This document shows, piece by piece, positions 62,660 to 64,000 of a stretch of DNA of 64,000 nucleotides. The translations under genes were made by a program, and so were the position numbers. Location of the stretch: contig JBGAQR010000005.1 in assembly GCA_044220615.1 (NCBI GenBank), positions 309,974-373,973 of the forward strand, given 5' to 3'. The notes beneath the pieces are model-generated. The model was not told where the DNA came from, searched no databases, and was given only the letters and a program-made list of their open reading frames with translations. This DNA comes from Ferruginibacter sp. (lineage in GTDB: Bacteria; Bacteroidota; Bacteroidia; Chitinophagales; Chitinophagaceae). How positions within the stretch are numbered: the stretch's first letter is position 1; every line of letters begins with the position of its first letter.

Positions 62660-64000
62660 TTGAAGATCCTGCGTAAAATATCATATCCTGCCTTTTTCAT
62701 TCTTTCGGGTTTATTAAGTACAAAAACGGCAACAGCCCAGATTGAGTTCATACAAAATAAAGGCCAGTGGGACAGCCGGGTGGTGTACCGGGGCGATTTT
62801 TCCACCGGATCATTTTTTTTGGAGAACCAGGGCTTTACTGTTCTGATACACAATACCGATGACCTTAAGAACCTGTCGGACCAGATGCATGGCCATAACC
62901 CTGCCAATCCTACCAGCGGGCAACCTATAACACTACGCTCTCATGCCTATAAGGTTAAGTTTTTAAGCACTTCCTCTTTCAGGCCTGAACAGATTGTGGC
63001 GGATAAAATACAGCCTTATGAAAATAACTATTACCTGGGCAATGATCAAAGCAAGTGGGCTTCTGGCTGCCAGTTATCGCAGGCCGTAACCTATAAGAAT
63101 GTATATCCCAATATTGATGTACGCTATTACAGCGATGCATCAAAACTGAAATACGATATCATTGTTCATCCCGGCGGCAATATCAATGCCATTGCCATGC
63201 AGTATACCGGGGCCGATAAGATAGAAGTGAAGAATAAAGAACTGATGATAAAAACCTCGGTGGGTGATGTAAAAGAATTATATCCCTACAGTTACCAGGT
63301 GCTGGAGGGTCAAAAGCAGGCCGTGGATTGTAAATATGTGGTAAAGGATAACATTGTATGTTTTAAAGTAAGTGGTTACGATCCAAAAACAACCATCATC
63401 ATCGATCCCACCTTGATATTCTCCACCTTTACCGGCAGCACGGCCGATAACTGGGGCTATACGGCAACACCCGGCCTTGATGGAACATTTTATGCAGGTG
63501 GTATCGCTTTTTCAGGCGGGTATCCCACCAATGCCGGTTCGATACAAACCGTATTTGGTGGCGGTGTTAATGAAGACGGCAATGGACCTTATGATATTGC
63601 CATTATAAAATATTCTTCTAACGGATCAAACAGGGTATACGCCACTTACCTGGGCGGTTCGGGAAATGAACAACCGCATAGCATGATCTGCGATCCGCAG
63701 GGCAACCTGATAATTGCAGGAAGAAGTAATTCATTAAATTATCCAACAACAAGGCTCCTCATAGGAAGCGGCGGCGGTTATGATATTGTGGTAACAAAAT
63801 TAAACCCCAACGGAACTGCTATGGTGGGCTCCGTCAAGATAGGCGGATCGGGAAACGATGGGTTGAATGTTCGGGGAAAATATGTAACACCGGATGGCCC
63901 AGAAGCTACCCGGCGTAATTACGGCGATGATGCCCGTAGCGAAGTGATAACAGATGCCGGGGGTAATATTTATGTGGCTTCCTGTACACAGTCTGCTAAC
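62660..64000 (+). CDS. 5' part of a large secreted beta-propeller/SBBP-repeat-like protein (continues past the window end)
   Basis: Open frame from TTG 62660 to the window edge (447 codons), not listed in the ORF track. Signal peptide LKILRKISYPAFFILSGLLSTKTATAQ, then IEFIQNKGQWD... and repeated GG.G.D....I..D..GN.Y.AG units. Confidence 0.7.
   Translation, partial: MKILRKISYPAFFILSGLLSTKTATAQIEFIQNKGQWDSRVVYRGDFSTGSFFLENQGFTVLIHNTDDLKNLSDQMHGHNPANPTSGQPITLRSHAYKVKFLSTSSFRPEQIVADKIQPYENNYYLGNDQSKWASGCQLSQAVTYKNVYPNIDVRYYSDASKLKYDIIVHPGGNINAIAMQYTGADKIEVKNKELMIKTSVGDVKELYPYSYQVLEGQKQAVDCKYVVKDNIVCFKVSGYDPKTTIIIDPTLIFSTFTGSTADNWGYTATPGLDGTFYAGGIAFSGGYPTNAGSIQTVFGGGVNEDGNGPYDIAIIKYSSNGSNRVYATYLGGSGNEQPHSMICDPQGNLIIAGRSNSLNYPTTRLLIGSGGGYDIVVTKLNPNGTAMVGSVKIGGSGNDGLNVRGKYVTPDGPEATRRNYGDDARSEVITDAGGNIYVASCTQSAN

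Noticed and set aside
1-64000. Classic mobile-element or defence content (transposase, integrase, restriction-modification, toxin-antitoxin, Cas, abortive-infection genes)
   Set aside because: None of the ORFs of 60 aa or more shows motifs of these families. The only nuclease-like small ORFs are the GxxExxY and Smr proteins discussed above.

Overview
The window looks like a chromosomal segment of a Bacteroidota genome, probably Chitinophagia/Sphingobacteriia-like. Support: a SusC/SusD locus, a T9SS C-terminal sorting domain, Bacteroidota-style TonB N-termini and TAnnTTTG -7 boxes. Gene content in order: (1) housekeeping genes: dinB, a 1-Cys peroxiredoxin, two overlapping pseudouridine synthases, rlmN, a PQQ-type sugar dehydrogenase, a thiolase, hisS and an LMW phosphatase; (2) a TonB / 2-TM protein / PstS-like binding protein / TPR module; (3) a complete 14-subunit nuoA-N operon with two foreign ORFs inside it; (4) a lone FtsX-type ABC permease; (5) exbB-exbD-exbD-tonB plus an extra exbD; (6) mnmE; (7) a starch utilisation locus: three GH13 enzymes, an MFS transporter, an NrtR-like Nudix regulator and susCDEF; (8) an orphan ORF, a minimal Smr protein and a CvfB-like S1 protein; (9) a galactan unit: GH53 plus a GH2-GH53 fusion; (10) a DEAD-box helicase, recG and the 5' part of a large secreted repeat protein. 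I saw no rRNA, tRNA, CRISPR array, transposase, integrase or recognisable defence or toxin genes. The most unusual signal is non-coding. Intergenic DNA is full of hairpin-forming inverted repeats built from short words, and 10 of the 14 gene junctions in nuo carry one. Two ~460-bp units have the same arms-plus-loop layout but hold a small ORF in the loop: a GxxExxY protein between nuoF and nuoG, and a four-helix-bundle (23S rRNA IVS-protein family) gene between hisS and the phosphatase gene. I read these as IVS-like stem-loop cargo elements sitting in mRNA operons, with many empty hairpin relatives. The second lead is a 47-bp near-perfect palindrome in front of susC. It shares an 11-mer with another starch-gene upstream region, which suggests the operator of the NrtR-like regulator. 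All family calls come from motif recognition by eye. No database search, folding or statistics were run.
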